From: an uncultured Gammaproteobacteria bacterium | GTDB taxonomy: Bacteria > Patescibacteriota > Microgenomatia > UBA10105 > UBA927 | Direction: 5' to 3' | NCBI GenBank assembly: GCA_964629685.1 | Contig: CAZVTT010000001.1 | Span: 319,796-383,795 of the forward strand | Length of the DNA stretch: 64,000 bases | Part shown: positions 9,964-20,289 of the stretch, piece after piece | Layout: each line of letters begins with the position of its first letter | How positions within the stretch are numbered: position 1 is the first letter of the stretch | Notes under the pieces: model-generated | Databases searched by the model: none | What the model was told of the DNA's origin: nothing | Seen by the model: the letters and a program-made list of their open reading frames with translations, nothing else | Position numbers and translations under genes: made by a program

Positions 9964-11895
9964 TTAGGTAAGTGCATCTAAAAGTCGTTTAATCTCAATG
10001 GTTGCGACACATAAATATTGGTCAGCCCCGCCATAGTATACGTACAACATACCCCCAATTTGGACAACACCGTTGGAGAAAACGGTTCCGTCACGTACGC
10101 CCTTGTTCTCGTATTCTGTGGTGGGTTCAAGGATTGGATCGTCAAGTCTGGAAATAACTTTTTCCGGTGCATGTAGGTCCAACAGCAATGCACCCAGCCT
10201 ATATTTTCTGTCTTCCTTTGATACACCGTGATAGATAAGTAACCAACCTATATCAGTTTTAATTGGCGGTCCGGCTATTCCCACTTTTTCGCTATCCCAT
10301 CTGGCTACTCTGGGATCTAGCAGAATCTCACCTTTAATCCATTGGTTGTCAGCAAAATGCAATTCGTCTACAAAATCAATCCAGATACAGGGATCAATCC
10401 TATGCAAAATAACATATTTTCCGTTAACCTTTTCAGGGAAGATGCATGAATTTTTTTCATCTATGCCTGGTGGAGATATGAGTACCGGTTTTTCCCATAT
10501 CCACTTCTTATTTACAAAATCCGATGCTGAAATTGAGGTTAGAGCTACCCTGGTAGGACTTTTTGCATCATAAGCGGTATAGCACATGTAAATACGATCA
10601 TCGATTTTAGTAATTCTTGCATCTTCACAACCTGAATTACCATATGCATTTTTCTTTTCGAACGGTTCGCGGGGAACATATATCGGTTCAGGAAGCCTTT
10701 CGTCTATATGCAATCCGTCAGTACTATTCGCATACCCGATTACGGATGTGTCATCATTTCCCATTGCGCGATAGAGTATATGTACTTTTCCTGCTTCGTA
10801 GACAGCTGCAGCATTAAAGGTGGCTTTTGACTCCCAAGAATGATACGGACGTGGTTGTATTGTTGGGTTACCTGCAAAACGTTCAAGTTTTATTATCGGT
10901 TTTTTTGTTGTTTTTGTATTATGACTGGCGTAGGATTCAAAATCCGCCAGCAGGTCTTTTAAAGACATTGTTGCGACACAGCAGGTAGTGTCAGCGGCTC
11001 CGTAATATAAACGAACTTCGTCACCATCAACCGTTGCGCCTGACGGAAATATTACATTTGCAACGTCGCCATACAGTTCATAATCCAACTCAGGTATCAG
11101 TAATGGATTTGTAATTCTTCCAATAATTTGTTGTGGATTTTCCAGGTCTAGTAGTACTGCTTCTATTCCGAATAGCCGGAATGGGGTGGTGTAATTCCGA
11201 ATATACGAATAAAAGAGTAACCACCCTTTTTCGGTTTTAATAGGAGGTGATCCTAGCTCAATATGATCATGTGCCGATCGTTGCAATGGTATGGTGTGTT
11301 CATTGAGGTTGCTATACCAGGATCTCCAAATATCTGCGTTCCATAAATCAGCTTCTCTGTCTACGTAGGCTACGGCTATTTTAGCCGGTGGGATATCGGT
11401 GTTAACCGTAGTAATAACAGCAATTTTTCCGTTAATTCTTTCCGGAAAGATTGCCGTTGCCTTAGCATTAAATGGCGTCATGAGATGTTTTTCTTCAATA
11501 GTTTGGAAGTCCCTGGTAATTGCTAAGGCAACTTTTATATTGTTTGCGCCAAACGGGTATCCGGAAAGGGCTGTATAACAAATGTAATATTTGCCGTCCA
11601 GTTTTGTAACCCGCGGATCTTCACAGCCGTATTTCTCCCAGTCGTACTCCGGAGAAATAAACTGGGTTCTGTTGATAAAATGTTCCCCATCATAGCTTTT
11701 TGCATAGCCAATAGTGGAAAGTTTAAGTGTAATTCCGGAAAAATAAGGAGTCGGAGCAGATAGTGCCCGGTATACCATGTGAAATACACCGCTATCTTTA
11801 ACGGGACAGCCGTTAAATGCCGCATCTGATTCCCACGGATTTTTATTATTGGGGGAAACAATGGGATTCTCTTCCGATCGTTTAACGATAACCAT
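9964..11895 (-). CDS. tandem two-domain GH130-family glycoside phosphorylase/hydrolase (two complete GH130 modules)
   Basis: Both halves carry GH130 hallmarks: CEDPR/CEDAR, GWLL(F/I)Y(S/H)…, YYG(A/G)AD. Confidence 0.75.
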   Translation of the reverse strand: MVIVKRSEENPIVSPNNKNPWESDAAFNGCPVKDSGVFHMVYRALSAPTPYFSGITLKLSTIGYAKSYDGEHFINRTQFISPEYDWEKYGCEDPRVTKLDGKYYICYTALSGYPFGANNIKVALAITRDFQTIEEKHLMTPFNAKATAIFPERINGKIAVITTVNTDIPPAKIAVAYVDREADLWNADIWRSWYSNLNEHTIPLQRSAHDHIELGSPPIKTEKGWLLFYSYIRNYTTPFRLFGIEAVLLDLENPQQIIGRITNPLLIPELDYELYGDVANVIFPSGATVDGDEVRLYYGAADTTCCVATMSLKDLLADFESYASHNTKTTKKPIIKLERFAGNPTIQPRPYHSWESKATFNAAAVYEAGKVHILYRAMGNDDTSVIGYANSTDGLHIDERLPEPIYVPREPFEKKNAYGNSGCEDARITKIDDRIYMCYTAYDAKSPTRVALTSISASDFVNKKWIWEKPVLISPPGIDEKNSCIFPEKVNGKYVILHRIDPCIWIDFVDELHFADNQWIKGEILLDPRVARWDSEKVGIAGPPIKTDIGWLLIYHGVSKEDRKYRLGALLLDLHAPEKVISRLDDPILEPTTEYENKGVRDGTVFSNGVVQIGGMLYVYYGGADQYLCVATIEIKRLLDALT

Positions 11896-13753
11896 ACTTT
11901 TGTGTTAGAACGGGAGTAACCCGAGCATTACCGGACTCTAAGAGTGTATGCAAGAACGGCTGTATGGGCGCAGTCGCGGTGCATACCACGGTATCTGCTC
12001 CTCCGTAGTACACAAATAAGTTGTCGTTGTGGATTACCGCTCCGCAGGGATATGCGACTCCTGCCTTAAATCCGTCGTTTTCATGTTCATGTTCCGGGGC
12101 AAGAATCGGGACTCTGGATCTGGCAATAACTTTCGTCGGATCTTTAAGGTCCAAAAGCATTGCTCCCATTTTATATTTCCCGGGATCCCGTTCTCCGACT
12201 GCATGGTATATAAGCAGCCAGCCGAAAGGAGTTTTGATCGGGGGCGGACCTGCGCCAACTTTGCGGCTGTCCCAGCCGTTACGGCTCGGACGGATCATAT
12301 AATCACCTTTCAGGAAGTTAGTTTCGCCGTCAAAATCCATTGAATCAACAAAATCAATGAGGATATTGGGAAATATCCTATGAAGGATAACGTATTTTCC
12401 GTCGACTTTTTCGGGGAGAATAACGCAGTTTTTATTTACGACTCCAGGACCTGAAATTAGTACCGGCTCGTTCCAATTCCATTCCCGGGCGAGAAAATTA
12501 TCCACTGGAATCGAGCTCAGTGCGACTCTGGGGGGATTTCTTCCGTCATATGCTATATAAGTTAAATACATCGTATCGTCTATTTTAGTGAGTCTTGGGT
12601 CTTCGCAGCCTCCATAGCCACCACCGGACATATAAAGTCTGTTGGGAACATAGGGAGCTTGATTGTTCGGTGATTCAAAAGGAGCTCTAGGGTAATAAAT
12701 CGGTTCGTCCAGACGTTCGTCGATTGAATATCCGTCTGTAGAAGTAGCGTATCCTAACACAGACGTATCGTCTTCTCCGATCGCGCGGTAAACTAAATGT
12801 ATTTTACCGTTCAGGTAAACAGCTGCCGGATTGAACGTTGCCCTGGATTCCCAAAAATGATTGACTATCGGTTTAATAATTGGATTTCCGCGGAATCGTT
12901 TTAATATCATTGAAGGAATAGTCGGGTTTGTGTCGAATGCGCGGGTTAACGATGTATGGGGTATGGCAAAAATACCCTGCGTAGGATGAGACCAGTATGA
13001 AATTAGTTTTCCCCGATAGTAAACTACACCGACGGGAGAAATAGATTGATCTGTCCATTCATCCGTTTGTTCCCAAAGTGTGTCTGATTGCCATAGCAGT
13101 TTTCTCGGGTTTTTACGGTCAAGTAGTACTGCATGGAGCGAGTAGTGATCTTTTCCTTGATGCTCACTGAGTGCCCAGTATACGACTGCTATTCCCTCGG
13201 GTGTCGTGACAATTGTACCCAGTTTGAAGTTTGATGAGCCTGCATGATCCATGGATGGTTCCAGAATGCTTTCGGAAACCGTTTCCCAGGATGTGAGATC
13301 TTTTGACGTTGCCATTCTTATACTTTGTTCACCATAGAGAGCTACATATGAATCGTTGAGGCGGAAGTCAGGGATAAGCATGGTAGTTTCCTGAAGTTCG
13401 CTCATTTTTCCATTGCGTTTCCAATGGATAAGGTCAGTAGAGAATGCACAGTAGATGGCATCCTGAAATCGTTGTTTAAACTTGTAGGTAAGGAAATATT
13501 TACCTTCGATGTGGCTAATGCGGAAATTGCTGCATTTATCGATGGGAAGCTCCCGGCGTTGATTATCCTTTATCTCTCCTATTTGCTTCGTCAGGTGAAA
13601 GTCGAGCCCGTCTTTACTGTTTAGTACTGACCAGTGGAATGTGTCTACATGATTATCCTGTACGAACAGATACACTTCATCCTGCTTGGTCGTGACACCG
13701 AGTCCTTGAGTTTTTTTGAGTTCATTTGAAGGCAGTGCGTCTGACATATTCAT
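11882..13753 (-). CDS. two-domain GH130-like protein (divergent N-terminal beta-propeller plus canonical GH130 C-terminal module)
   Basis: The C-terminal half has WESRATFNPAAVY, CEDPR, GWLLIYHAVG and YYGGAD. The N-terminal half is a divergent propeller lacking these motifs. The gene overlaps the previous GH130 gene by 14 nt. Confidence 0.7.
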   Translation of the reverse strand: MNMSDALPSNELKKTQGLGVTTKQDEVYLFVQDNHVDTFHWSVLNSKDGLDFHLTKQIGEIKDNQRRELPIDKCSNFRISHIEGKYFLTYKFKQRFQDAIYCAFSTDLIHWKRNGKMSELQETTMLIPDFRLNDSYVALYGEQSIRMATSKDLTSWETVSESILEPSMDHAGSSNFKLGTIVTTPEGIAVVYWALSEHQGKDHYSLHAVLLDRKNPRKLLWQSDTLWEQTDEWTDQSISPVGVVYYRGKLISYWSHPTQGIFAIPHTSLTRAFDTNPTIPSMILKRFRGNPIIKPIVNHFWESRATFNPAAVYLNGKIHLVYRAIGEDDTSVLGYATSTDGYSIDERLDEPIYYPRAPFESPNNQAPYVPNRLYMSGGGYGGCEDPRLTKIDDTMYLTYIAYDGRNPPRVALSSIPVDNFLAREWNWNEPVLISGPGVVNKNCVILPEKVDGKYVILHRIFPNILIDFVDSMDFDGETNFLKGDYMIRPSRNGWDSRKVGAGPPPIKTPFGWLLIYHAVGERDPGKYKMGAMLLDLKDPTKVIARSRVPILAPEHEHENDGFKAGVAYPCGAVIHNDNLFVYYGGADTVVCTATAPIQPFLHTLLESGNARVTPVLTQKYGYR

Positions 13754-13899
13754 TCCATCATTTCATGATAATCCGGTGTAATCTGTTGGGCTTCGTACAT
13801 CAGCCCGTACAAATAGATACTATACCGAAAATCCCGATAATTTATCGGTTCGGTTTCTCTCCTGCTGATGATTAGCTTCTATATTAATAGTAGCAGGAT

Positions 13900-14715
13900 T
13901 TGTACAAAAGGAAAGATATTGAATTTGCTAAAAGCGCACTGATTTTTCATTGGCTTCAACGTATAATATGCACCATGTACCATCATCGCACGCAGTCCAT
14001 TGACCAACATATTGCTCAAGAGCATAAACTATCACCGTTTACTACATATCTTAAGGAAATAGTTTATGGGGGGAATGACGGTATTATTACCACATTTGCA
14101 GTTGTGGCAGGTTTTACGGGATCTCAGGCTGGCAATATGGGCTCAATTCCTGTCATTACCGTACTTATTTTCGGGTTCGCGAATTTATTTGCGGATGGAG
14201 TGTCTATGGCGTTGGGGAATTTTTTATCAACCAGATCGGAACAGGAGGTTTACCAAAAAGAAAAAACTAAAGAATTAGCAGAGTTAAGACTGCATCGGGA
14301 TGCTGAAGAAATGGAAACGCTCGAATTATTGCGTATAAAGGGTTTTTCGGAAACACAAGCTAAAACGTTAGTAGAAATATATAAAACAAATGAGCCCTAT
14401 TGGGTGGATTTCATGATGAATCAGGAGTTGCGATTGCCGAATCCGGAAAATGAAAATGCCTTTCTGACTGCCAGTGCTACACTAATTGCATTTATCAGTT
14501 TTGGACTGATTCCGTTATTACCATATTTGTTATTGGGTGAAATAACTAATACGTTTGTTTTCTCTTGTTTGACTACTCTTGTTGCTCTTATAATGCTCTC
14601 CTTGGTCCGCTGGAAAGTGACGGCAAGAAATCCACTAAAAGTGTTGTTGGAAACGCTTCTATTAGGGGGAAGTGCAGCAACAATTGCCTATCTGGTGGGA
14701 ACACTCTTCAGATAG
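13900..14715 (+). CDS. VIT1/CCC1-family iron/manganese transporter
   Basis: EIVYGGNDGIITTFAVVAGFTGS N-terminal block, a central cytoplasmic acidic helix region and C-terminal TM helices. The true start may be an internal Met. Confidence 0.75.
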   Translation: MYKRKDIEFAKSALIFHWLQRIICTMYHHRTQSIDQHIAQEHKLSPFTTYLKEIVYGGNDGIITTFAVVAGFTGSQAGNMGSIPVITVLIFGFANLFADGVSMALGNFLSTRSEQEVYQKEKTKELAELRLHRDAEEMETLELLRIKGFSETQAKTLVEIYKTNEPYWVDFMMNQELRLPNPENENAFLTASATLIAFISFGLIPLLPYLLLGEITNTFVFSCLTTLVALIMLSLVRWKVTARNPLKVLLETLLLGGSAATIAYLVGTLFR

Positions 14716-14727
14716 TCGAAATTATAT

Positions 14728-15495
14728 TTAGAGGATAATTATCCAAAAAAGAAGTGCTAAAAGTATCCGGTAAATTCCGAAGTGAATTAAAGAATATTTT
14801 TGGACAAACTTACGAAAAAGTGAAACCGTAATCCACGCGGAGATAAACGCAACAATAAAGCCTGTCCCGAGGGCAAAGAGTTCCTCTCCGGTATATGCAT
14901 GTTTGCTTTTGACTAGGTCGTACACTGTTGCTGCCAGCATTGTCGGTATGGCTAAGAGAAATGAAAAATCCACGGCTGCAATCCGCGTCAGTCCACTGAT
15001 TTGGCCTCCAATTATTGTGGCAGCTGAACGGGAAACCCCGGGAATAACCGAAAACGATTGTGCGATTCCTATGATGACGGCTTGTTTTGCATTTACGGTA
15101 GTTTGATGATGGTTGTTTTTTTGGTGTGATTGAAGATATTCAAAAAGGATGAGTAATATTCCGCCGATAAAAAGCGTAAGTACAGTAATGTGTGCATTTC
15201 CTAACAGGTATGTTTTAATAAATTTGTAAAAGAACAGACCGACTAATGCGGCAGGCAAGAACGCAATTCCGATCGGTTTCCACAACTGAGTTTTGGTAAA
15301 TATCGATTTACTATACATCAATGTTATTGCACCTATGGCTCCAAGTTGGATAAATATTTCAAAACTTTTTATAAAATCCGTCTGAGGTATTCCCAATAAG
15401 TTACTCACAAGAATCATATGTCCCGTGGAAGAAATGGGAAGGAATTCTGTAATACCTTCAACCAATGCGATGGCAAAAATTTGTAAGAAATTCAT
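14728..15495 (-). CDS. uppP: undecaprenyl-diphosphate phosphatase UppP (BacA)
   Basis: ITEFLPISSTGHMIL and PGVSRSAATI motifs; 8 TM helices. Confidence 0.9.
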   Translation of the reverse strand: MNFLQIFAIALVEGITEFLPISSTGHMILVSNLLGIPQTDFIKSFEIFIQLGAIGAITLMYSKSIFTKTQLWKPIGIAFLPAALVGLFFYKFIKTYLLGNAHITVLTLFIGGILLILFEYLQSHQKNNHHQTTVNAKQAVIIGIAQSFSVIPGVSRSAATIIGGQISGLTRIAAVDFSFLLAIPTMLAATVYDLVKSKHAYTGEELFALGTGFIVAFISAWITVSLFRKFVQKYSLIHFGIYRILLALLFWIIIL

Positions 15496-15596
15496 ATGTC
15501 TGTCTTATCATACTTGATTCTATTTTTAATGGCTACGATTACAGAACGATCGGAACGTTGCGACAATGAAAACTTGTATGTTATGATCGTTAACAC

Positions 15597-16496
15597 ATGA
15601 GGCGTAAGGTTATATTTTTGTTATTAATCGTAGGATTATTTTCAGGAATACTGTTGTTAGTACGGGTAGTTCGTGGTGGCGCACCAAAGTACGGAGTATT
15701 GAAAATTACCAGTAATCCTGCTGCCACTGTTTTCCTGGACAACAAGAATATAGGTAGAACACCATTTGAAGATAAAGTACTAGTCGGTGAATATACGTTG
15801 AAGTTGATTCCCGAGACGACAGTGCAGACGTTGATTCCCTGGCAGGGGAAAATTAGGGTTTCCACAAATTTGCTTACATACATTAATCGTGATTTATCCG
15901 ACTCCGAGTTATCGGCCGCCGGGGAATTATTGTGGTTGGAAAAAATATCCAGCTCGTTATCAGAACTTTCCGTATCAACCGTTCCCGATGGTGGAAATGT
16001 TATTTTGGATGAACAGGTAAAGGGTGTTTCTCCCTTATCTATTACCGGCATATCTGCCGGTGACCACACGCTTACCATTACTTCACCCGGCTTTTTTTCC
16101 AGGACATTGAAGATTAAAAATACCGGGGGGTACAAGTTAAACGCAGCAGTTCAGCTGGGGTTAGCACCAGGAGGATTAACGCCGACGCCTGAACCGGCAA
16201 TAACGGACATACCCGATGAAACGCCGACGCCGTCAAGCATTCTTACGCCTACGCCAAGTAAAAGTGCCACTTCATCTGCAGCTAAAATTCCTAAGAAGCC
16301 TTACGTAACAATTGGAGATACTCCGACAGGATTTTTAAGGGTACGTGCTGAACCGCAGACTAGTGCAGATGAAATAGGAAGAGTAAATCCCGGGGAAAAA
16401 TATTCCTTGCTTGCCTCCGAATCCGGATGGTATAAAATACAGTTTAATGATAAAGAAGGCTGGATCTCGGGCCAATATGCTACGAAGGTAGAGTAA
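15597..16496 (+). CDS. membrane-anchored PEGA-domain / SH3b-domain protein
   Basis: N-terminal TM; PEGA-like repeats (…VFLDNKNIGRTPFE…, …VILDEQVKGVSPL…); TP-rich linker; C-terminal SH3b-like GWYKIQFNDKEGWISGQY. Confidence 0.5.
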   Translation: MRRKVIFLLLIVGLFSGILLLVRVVRGGAPKYGVLKITSNPAATVFLDNKNIGRTPFEDKVLVGEYTLKLIPETTVQTLIPWQGKIRVSTNLLTYINRDLSDSELSAAGELLWLEKISSSLSELSVSTVPDGGNVILDEQVKGVSPLSITGISAGDHTLTITSPGFFSRTLKIKNTGGYKLNAAVQLGLAPGGLTPTPEPAITDIPDETPTPSSILTPTPSKSATSSAAKIPKKPYVTIGDTPTGFLRVRAEPQTSADEIGRVNPGEKYSLLASESGWYKIQFNDKEGWISGQYATKVE

Positions 16497-16497
16497 A

Positions 16498-17436
16498 TTA
16501 TCCTCCAATTCCATAGACGACTAAGAAGATAGTAATACTCCATATAATTACAGTCGAAAGTAAAGGCAGATCAGAAGTAAGTATTTTTTCCGGTGATTCT
16601 CCTTGTCCTTCATAAATAAGCTGCATATAACGCATGATTCCGAATAACACAAATGGTACCGTGATCATAAGCCATTTTCGTTCAGGAAGGTCTGCAGTAA
16701 AGTCATAGTAGTTACGGAAAAAGAATCCCCTGTTGCTCGGCCTTTCAAGGAATGTATAAAGGGCGTACGCGATGAATGTAGAATTTGCGAACATAGCCGT
16801 GTATGTATCGAGTAGTTTTTCGGAATAGTGGGTGAGACTGGTCCTTACGTCTTTTGCTACAACTCCTTGGTATCCCTGAATTAGTGTTAACTCCGCTCTG
16901 CGTTTTCCAATAGCTAAAAATAGTGCCAGTGATAGGGCTGCTAAAGCCAACCATATAGATATGTGGAATCCGGTTGCCGCTTCACCCGCGTATACCCGGA
17001 TAAAATATGCTGCAGTTATGGCAAGAATATCTATAACCGAAATATGTTTTAAAACGAGTGAGTATAAATACTGTAGTAATACGAAAAGTATAGCCAGCAG
17101 GAAAAAGGAGTGACTAATAAAATAACTAATCGTAAGCCCGGTAATAAGAAACGTAATGGAGACGAAAAGTGCGAGTGGGATTGGTACTGTTCCTAAAGCA
17201 ATTGGGCGGAATTTTTTAAACGGATGTAACCTGTCACGCGGAGCGTCAATAATATCGTTAATGAAATAGCTGGATGAGGAGAGAAAACAGAATGCAATAA
17301 ACCCCCACGTTGTAGTACTGAAATACCGGGGATCAAAAAACTGGCCGGTAAATAGTATCGTTGTATAGAGCGCAATATTTTTCAGCCATTGTCTGGGTCT
17401 TGCGGCTTTGATAACTGCGTAAAGAAGTTGACCCAT
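16498..17436 (-). CDS. UbiA-family prenyltransferase, decaprenyl-phosphate phosphoribosyltransferase (DPPR synthase)-like
   Basis: N-terminal RPRQWLKN and NDIIDAPRDRLHP (NDxxDxxxD) motifs typical of the Rv3806c-like UbiA clade; 8-9 TM helices. Confidence 0.7.
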   Translation of the reverse strand: MGQLLYAVIKAARPRQWLKNIALYTTILFTGQFFDPRYFSTTTWGFIAFCFLSSSSYFINDIIDAPRDRLHPFKKFRPIALGTVPIPLALFVSITFLITGLTISYFISHSFFLLAILFVLLQYLYSLVLKHISVIDILAITAAYFIRVYAGEAATGFHISIWLALAALSLALFLAIGKRRAELTLIQGYQGVVAKDVRTSLTHYSEKLLDTYTAMFANSTFIAYALYTFLERPSNRGFFFRNYYDFTADLPERKWLMITVPFVLFGIMRYMQLIYEGQGESPEKILTSDLPLLSTVIIWSITIFLVVYGIGG

Positions 17437-18464
17437 ACTAAAAATCCTCCGATACCTACGCCTACGAGTAAGAGAGCAAAGAATTTTTCACGACTCGTTA
17501 CGAACAGTGCAATTGCCCCAAGTATAGCTGAGACTCCCCAGTAAAACAAGGCAATTCTTCTCTTTCCCCACCCTAAATCCAGTAGCCGGTGATGGAGGTG
17601 ACCCCTATCAGCCCAGACCGGGGATTTACCTTTTCCGATTCTGCGTACGACCGTATAGATAGCGTCGATTGTGGGTATACCGAGAACTAATAGTGCGGTT
17701 CCGAATTTACCGTAGGAAAGTATTCCCAGTACACCTAACAGAAATCCGGCAAGTGTTTTCCCTCCGTATCCCGGCATTATTTTCTGGGGGAAAAAATTCC
17801 ATGGTAAAAATCCTAAAAAAGAGCCGGCGACTATAAACGCCAGAACGGCTACTGTAGCCTGTGATACATCCGGACCACTAAAACGTAATGCCAAAATGCC
17901 AAGTATAAATGCACTAATAGAGACGAAACCGGGCATTTGTCCGTCTACTCCTGCAGACCAGCCTACGATATTCATCGTCCACATAATCCATATAAACGCG
18001 ATTAAATCAGACCAAACGAGGATTGAATGTTCACCGAAAAAAGTAAATGTAAGTCTCCAGGTATCAAGATTCAGAATGCCGCCTGTTAGCGGGTTGGTGA
18101 TAAACGGTATGCCGATTCCGGCAGCTACTACTATAAGCGCAGCCAGAGCGTTAGTAAAAAGCCGTAAATATGGACTAACATCTTTCTTATCGTCCCGTAA
18201 TCCAATATATACCAGCAATCCGGAGGCTAGGAGTATTGCTAGATTCCTTTTTGTGAGTGGAAGAAGAAGAAATGAACAAAGTAGTAATCCCAGGAAAATG
18301 GCAAGTCCTCCAGCTCTCGGAATGATACCAGTGTGAGTATGTGCAGGGTGGTAGCGGGTGCTGGCATCGTCGACAAGTCCCTTTTTCCTAGCCAGGGTAA
18401 TCACAATTGGGGTGATTATATACGTCAAAACGGTTGCCAGAATGAGTGGTACTGCAAAGTCCAT
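17382..18464 (-). CDS. polyprenyl-phosphate N-acetylhexosamine-1-phosphate transferase (GT4 MraY/WecA family)
   Basis: 360 aa, multi-TM, with conserved MraY/WecA cytoplasmic loops (DD…, NxxNxxDGxDGL-like VGWSAGVDGQMPG, HHxxxxGW-like HLHHRLLDLGW). Confidence 0.8.
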   Translation of the reverse strand: MDFAVPLILATVLTYIITPIVITLARKKGLVDDASTRYHPAHTHTGIIPRAGGLAIFLGLLLCSFLLLPLTKRNLAILLASGLLVYIGLRDDKKDVSPYLRLFTNALAALIVVAAGIGIPFITNPLTGGILNLDTWRLTFTFFGEHSILVWSDLIAFIWIMWTMNIVGWSAGVDGQMPGFVSISAFILGILALRFSGPDVSQATVAVLAFIVAGSFLGFLPWNFFPQKIMPGYGGKTLAGFLLGVLGILSYGKFGTALLVLGIPTIDAIYTVVRRIGKGKSPVWADRGHLHHRLLDLGWGKRRIALFYWGVSAILGAIALFVTSREKFFALLLVGVGIGGFLVWVNFFTQLSKPQDPDNG

Positions 18465-18503
18465 ACAGGGTTATGTAAACACTGCTATAGAATGTACGTG
18501 ACG

Positions 18504-18896
18504 CTATGTCACAAGGAAAATAATATTTATTAAAGTAATTGTAGATAAAAGGCTAACCGTAAGTGCTGCCAGAAATAGTATTTGTCCGAATATTCGATAA
18601 AGTTTAAGATACTTACCAACAAACCATAACGTAAAAATATACCAGATGATGCTTCCTCCGGGTAGAAGTAATAACCAGATCGGTTGAGCAAGTTGTTCGT
18701 CTCCCCAGGGTTTGGAGTACCACAACGGAACCATAGGCGGAAGTTGATTCCATCGCCAGATAAGTATAACTATACCTAAACCGCTCAAGGCTAGCGTAAA
18801 TTTTGTTGTAGTTTGGGCAATCCAGTTGGCTTCGATTGTCTCCCGTATCCCTGCCAAGCGTCTACGAACTATTTGTGCAACATGTGAATGAGACAT
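18504..18896 (-). CDS. small integral membrane protein, hypothetical
   Basis: 130 aa with 3-4 TM helices, located between the GT4 and GT-C genes. Confidence 0.4.
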   Translation of the reverse strand: MSHSHVAQIVRRRLAGIRETIEANWIAQTTTKFTLALSGLGIVILIWRWNQLPPMVPLWYSKPWGDEQLAQPIWLLLLPGGSIIWYIFTLWFVGKYLKLYRIFGQILFLAALTVSLLSTITLINIIFLVT

Positions 18897-18898
18897 GA

Positions 18899-20269
18899 TT
18901 ATTTTACGGCAGGCTTTTGACTATTGGTTTGTCCCGAGATTGTATGATGGTATTGTATTGAGAACGTTCCATCGTTATGTATGAAAAATGCCCGAAGCGG
19001 AAATTCCGGAAAGTCCTTTACCATTTGTGAAGGAGAGAATATGGCATCGCCTATATACCATGGGAATGGGGAATTATTTGGATTATAAAGCCTGACTATA
19101 TCCCGATTATCGGAGTAGTATATTGTTTCGAATAATAAGAGTGGCGTTTCAACCAGGATCATATCCTGAGGCTTTTTTACCATGTTTATTTCTTTCACCG
19201 TTTGTCGGATGTTCAGCTTTAGGTGTTGCCCGGGATACCAGATATTAACACCTATAACAAATAAAAGCAGACCCGCGGCAACCAGTTTCTGGATTTTAGC
19301 GTTTTGAATTGCCTCGATACTTAAAGCGAGAAGAATAATTTCTCCAATCGTTACCGGAAGTACATATCTATTTACGAAAAGCGGTTTTATAAACGAGATG
19401 CCTATGGTAACTATTAGGGGAACAAATATTACAATAAAGAAGAGTAGATTTCGATTACGGGTTTTTGGGGATTTTAAGCTCAAAACGAAGAGCAGAAGGA
19501 ATATAACCGAAATTATTGTCGTGTATCTCCAGAGAAACCAGGGAGTGCCTTCATACCCAATAAACATGTTTCCCAGAACCGATTTAATAAGCTGAAAATC
19601 CACGGGAAAATACCAGGATTCTTTTAGGCGGGATGCTTGTTGCAGAATGAGATAAAGCCAGGGAGAAATACAAAGTGCGAGAATAATATTTGCTTTAACA
19701 AATGTATCGTTAAGTATTTTTATCAGACGAAGTTTCGGGTAAATAAGATCTTTATGTGTAATAAAGTAGTGAACCATGAGCGAGAGTGGCAGAATGAGAA
19801 AAAAGCTGTGAGTATAAAATCCGGCAACGAGTCCCAGTATAAATACCGGCCACTTCCTTTCCCAGTAGGCAAACAACGTTAATGTAGTAAAGAATGTATA
19901 CCATCCGTATGTACGTATCTCGAATGCGTAATAAAGCAGCATCGGATTGAGGAAGAAAAAAATCGGCAGAAATATATTGAGCCAGTGCTTTTTGAACAAG
20001 CGTTCAGCCCATAAAATCATTACTACGGTAGCAAGGCAGAATCCCAGTGTTGAAAGCGAGCGTGCTGCTATTTCACTATTTCCAAATAGTTTCATCCAGA
20101 AATGCAGGAGTACGTAGTATAGTGGTGGTTCAAATGTTAGTTTTCCGATAAAGAAGGACAGCGGACGTTCTGCTACTAAAATTGAAAATGCTTCATCTCT
20201 CCAAATGCTTTGGGTTAGGTAAATAATTGGGGAGTGCTGAATTATATATTGGATGACGGAATTACCCAT
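18899..20269 (-). CDS. GT-C-fold glycosyltransferase (ArnT/PMT/arabinofuranosyltransferase-like, polyprenyl-phosphate-sugar dependent)
   Basis: 456 aa, ~11 TM. The N-terminal loop has RDEAF (DE-type motif of GT39/GT83). Confidence 0.65.
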   Translation of the reverse strand: MGNSVIQYIIQHSPIIYLTQSIWRDEAFSILVAERPLSFFIGKLTFEPPLYYVLLHFWMKLFGNSEIAARSLSTLGFCLATVVMILWAERLFKKHWLNIFLPIFFFLNPMLLYYAFEIRTYGWYTFFTTLTLFAYWERKWPVFILGLVAGFYTHSFFLILPLSLMVHYFITHKDLIYPKLRLIKILNDTFVKANIILALCISPWLYLILQQASRLKESWYFPVDFQLIKSVLGNMFIGYEGTPWFLWRYTTIISVIFLLLFVLSLKSPKTRNRNLLFFIVIFVPLIVTIGISFIKPLFVNRYVLPVTIGEIILLALSIEAIQNAKIQKLVAAGLLLFVIGVNIWYPGQHLKLNIRQTVKEINMVKKPQDMILVETPLLLFETIYYSDNRDIVRLYNPNNSPFPWYIGDAIFSPSQMVKDFPEFPLRAFFIHNDGTFSIQYHHTISGQTNSQKPAVK

Positions 20270-20289
20270 GATGTTGCCCCTTATCAGTA

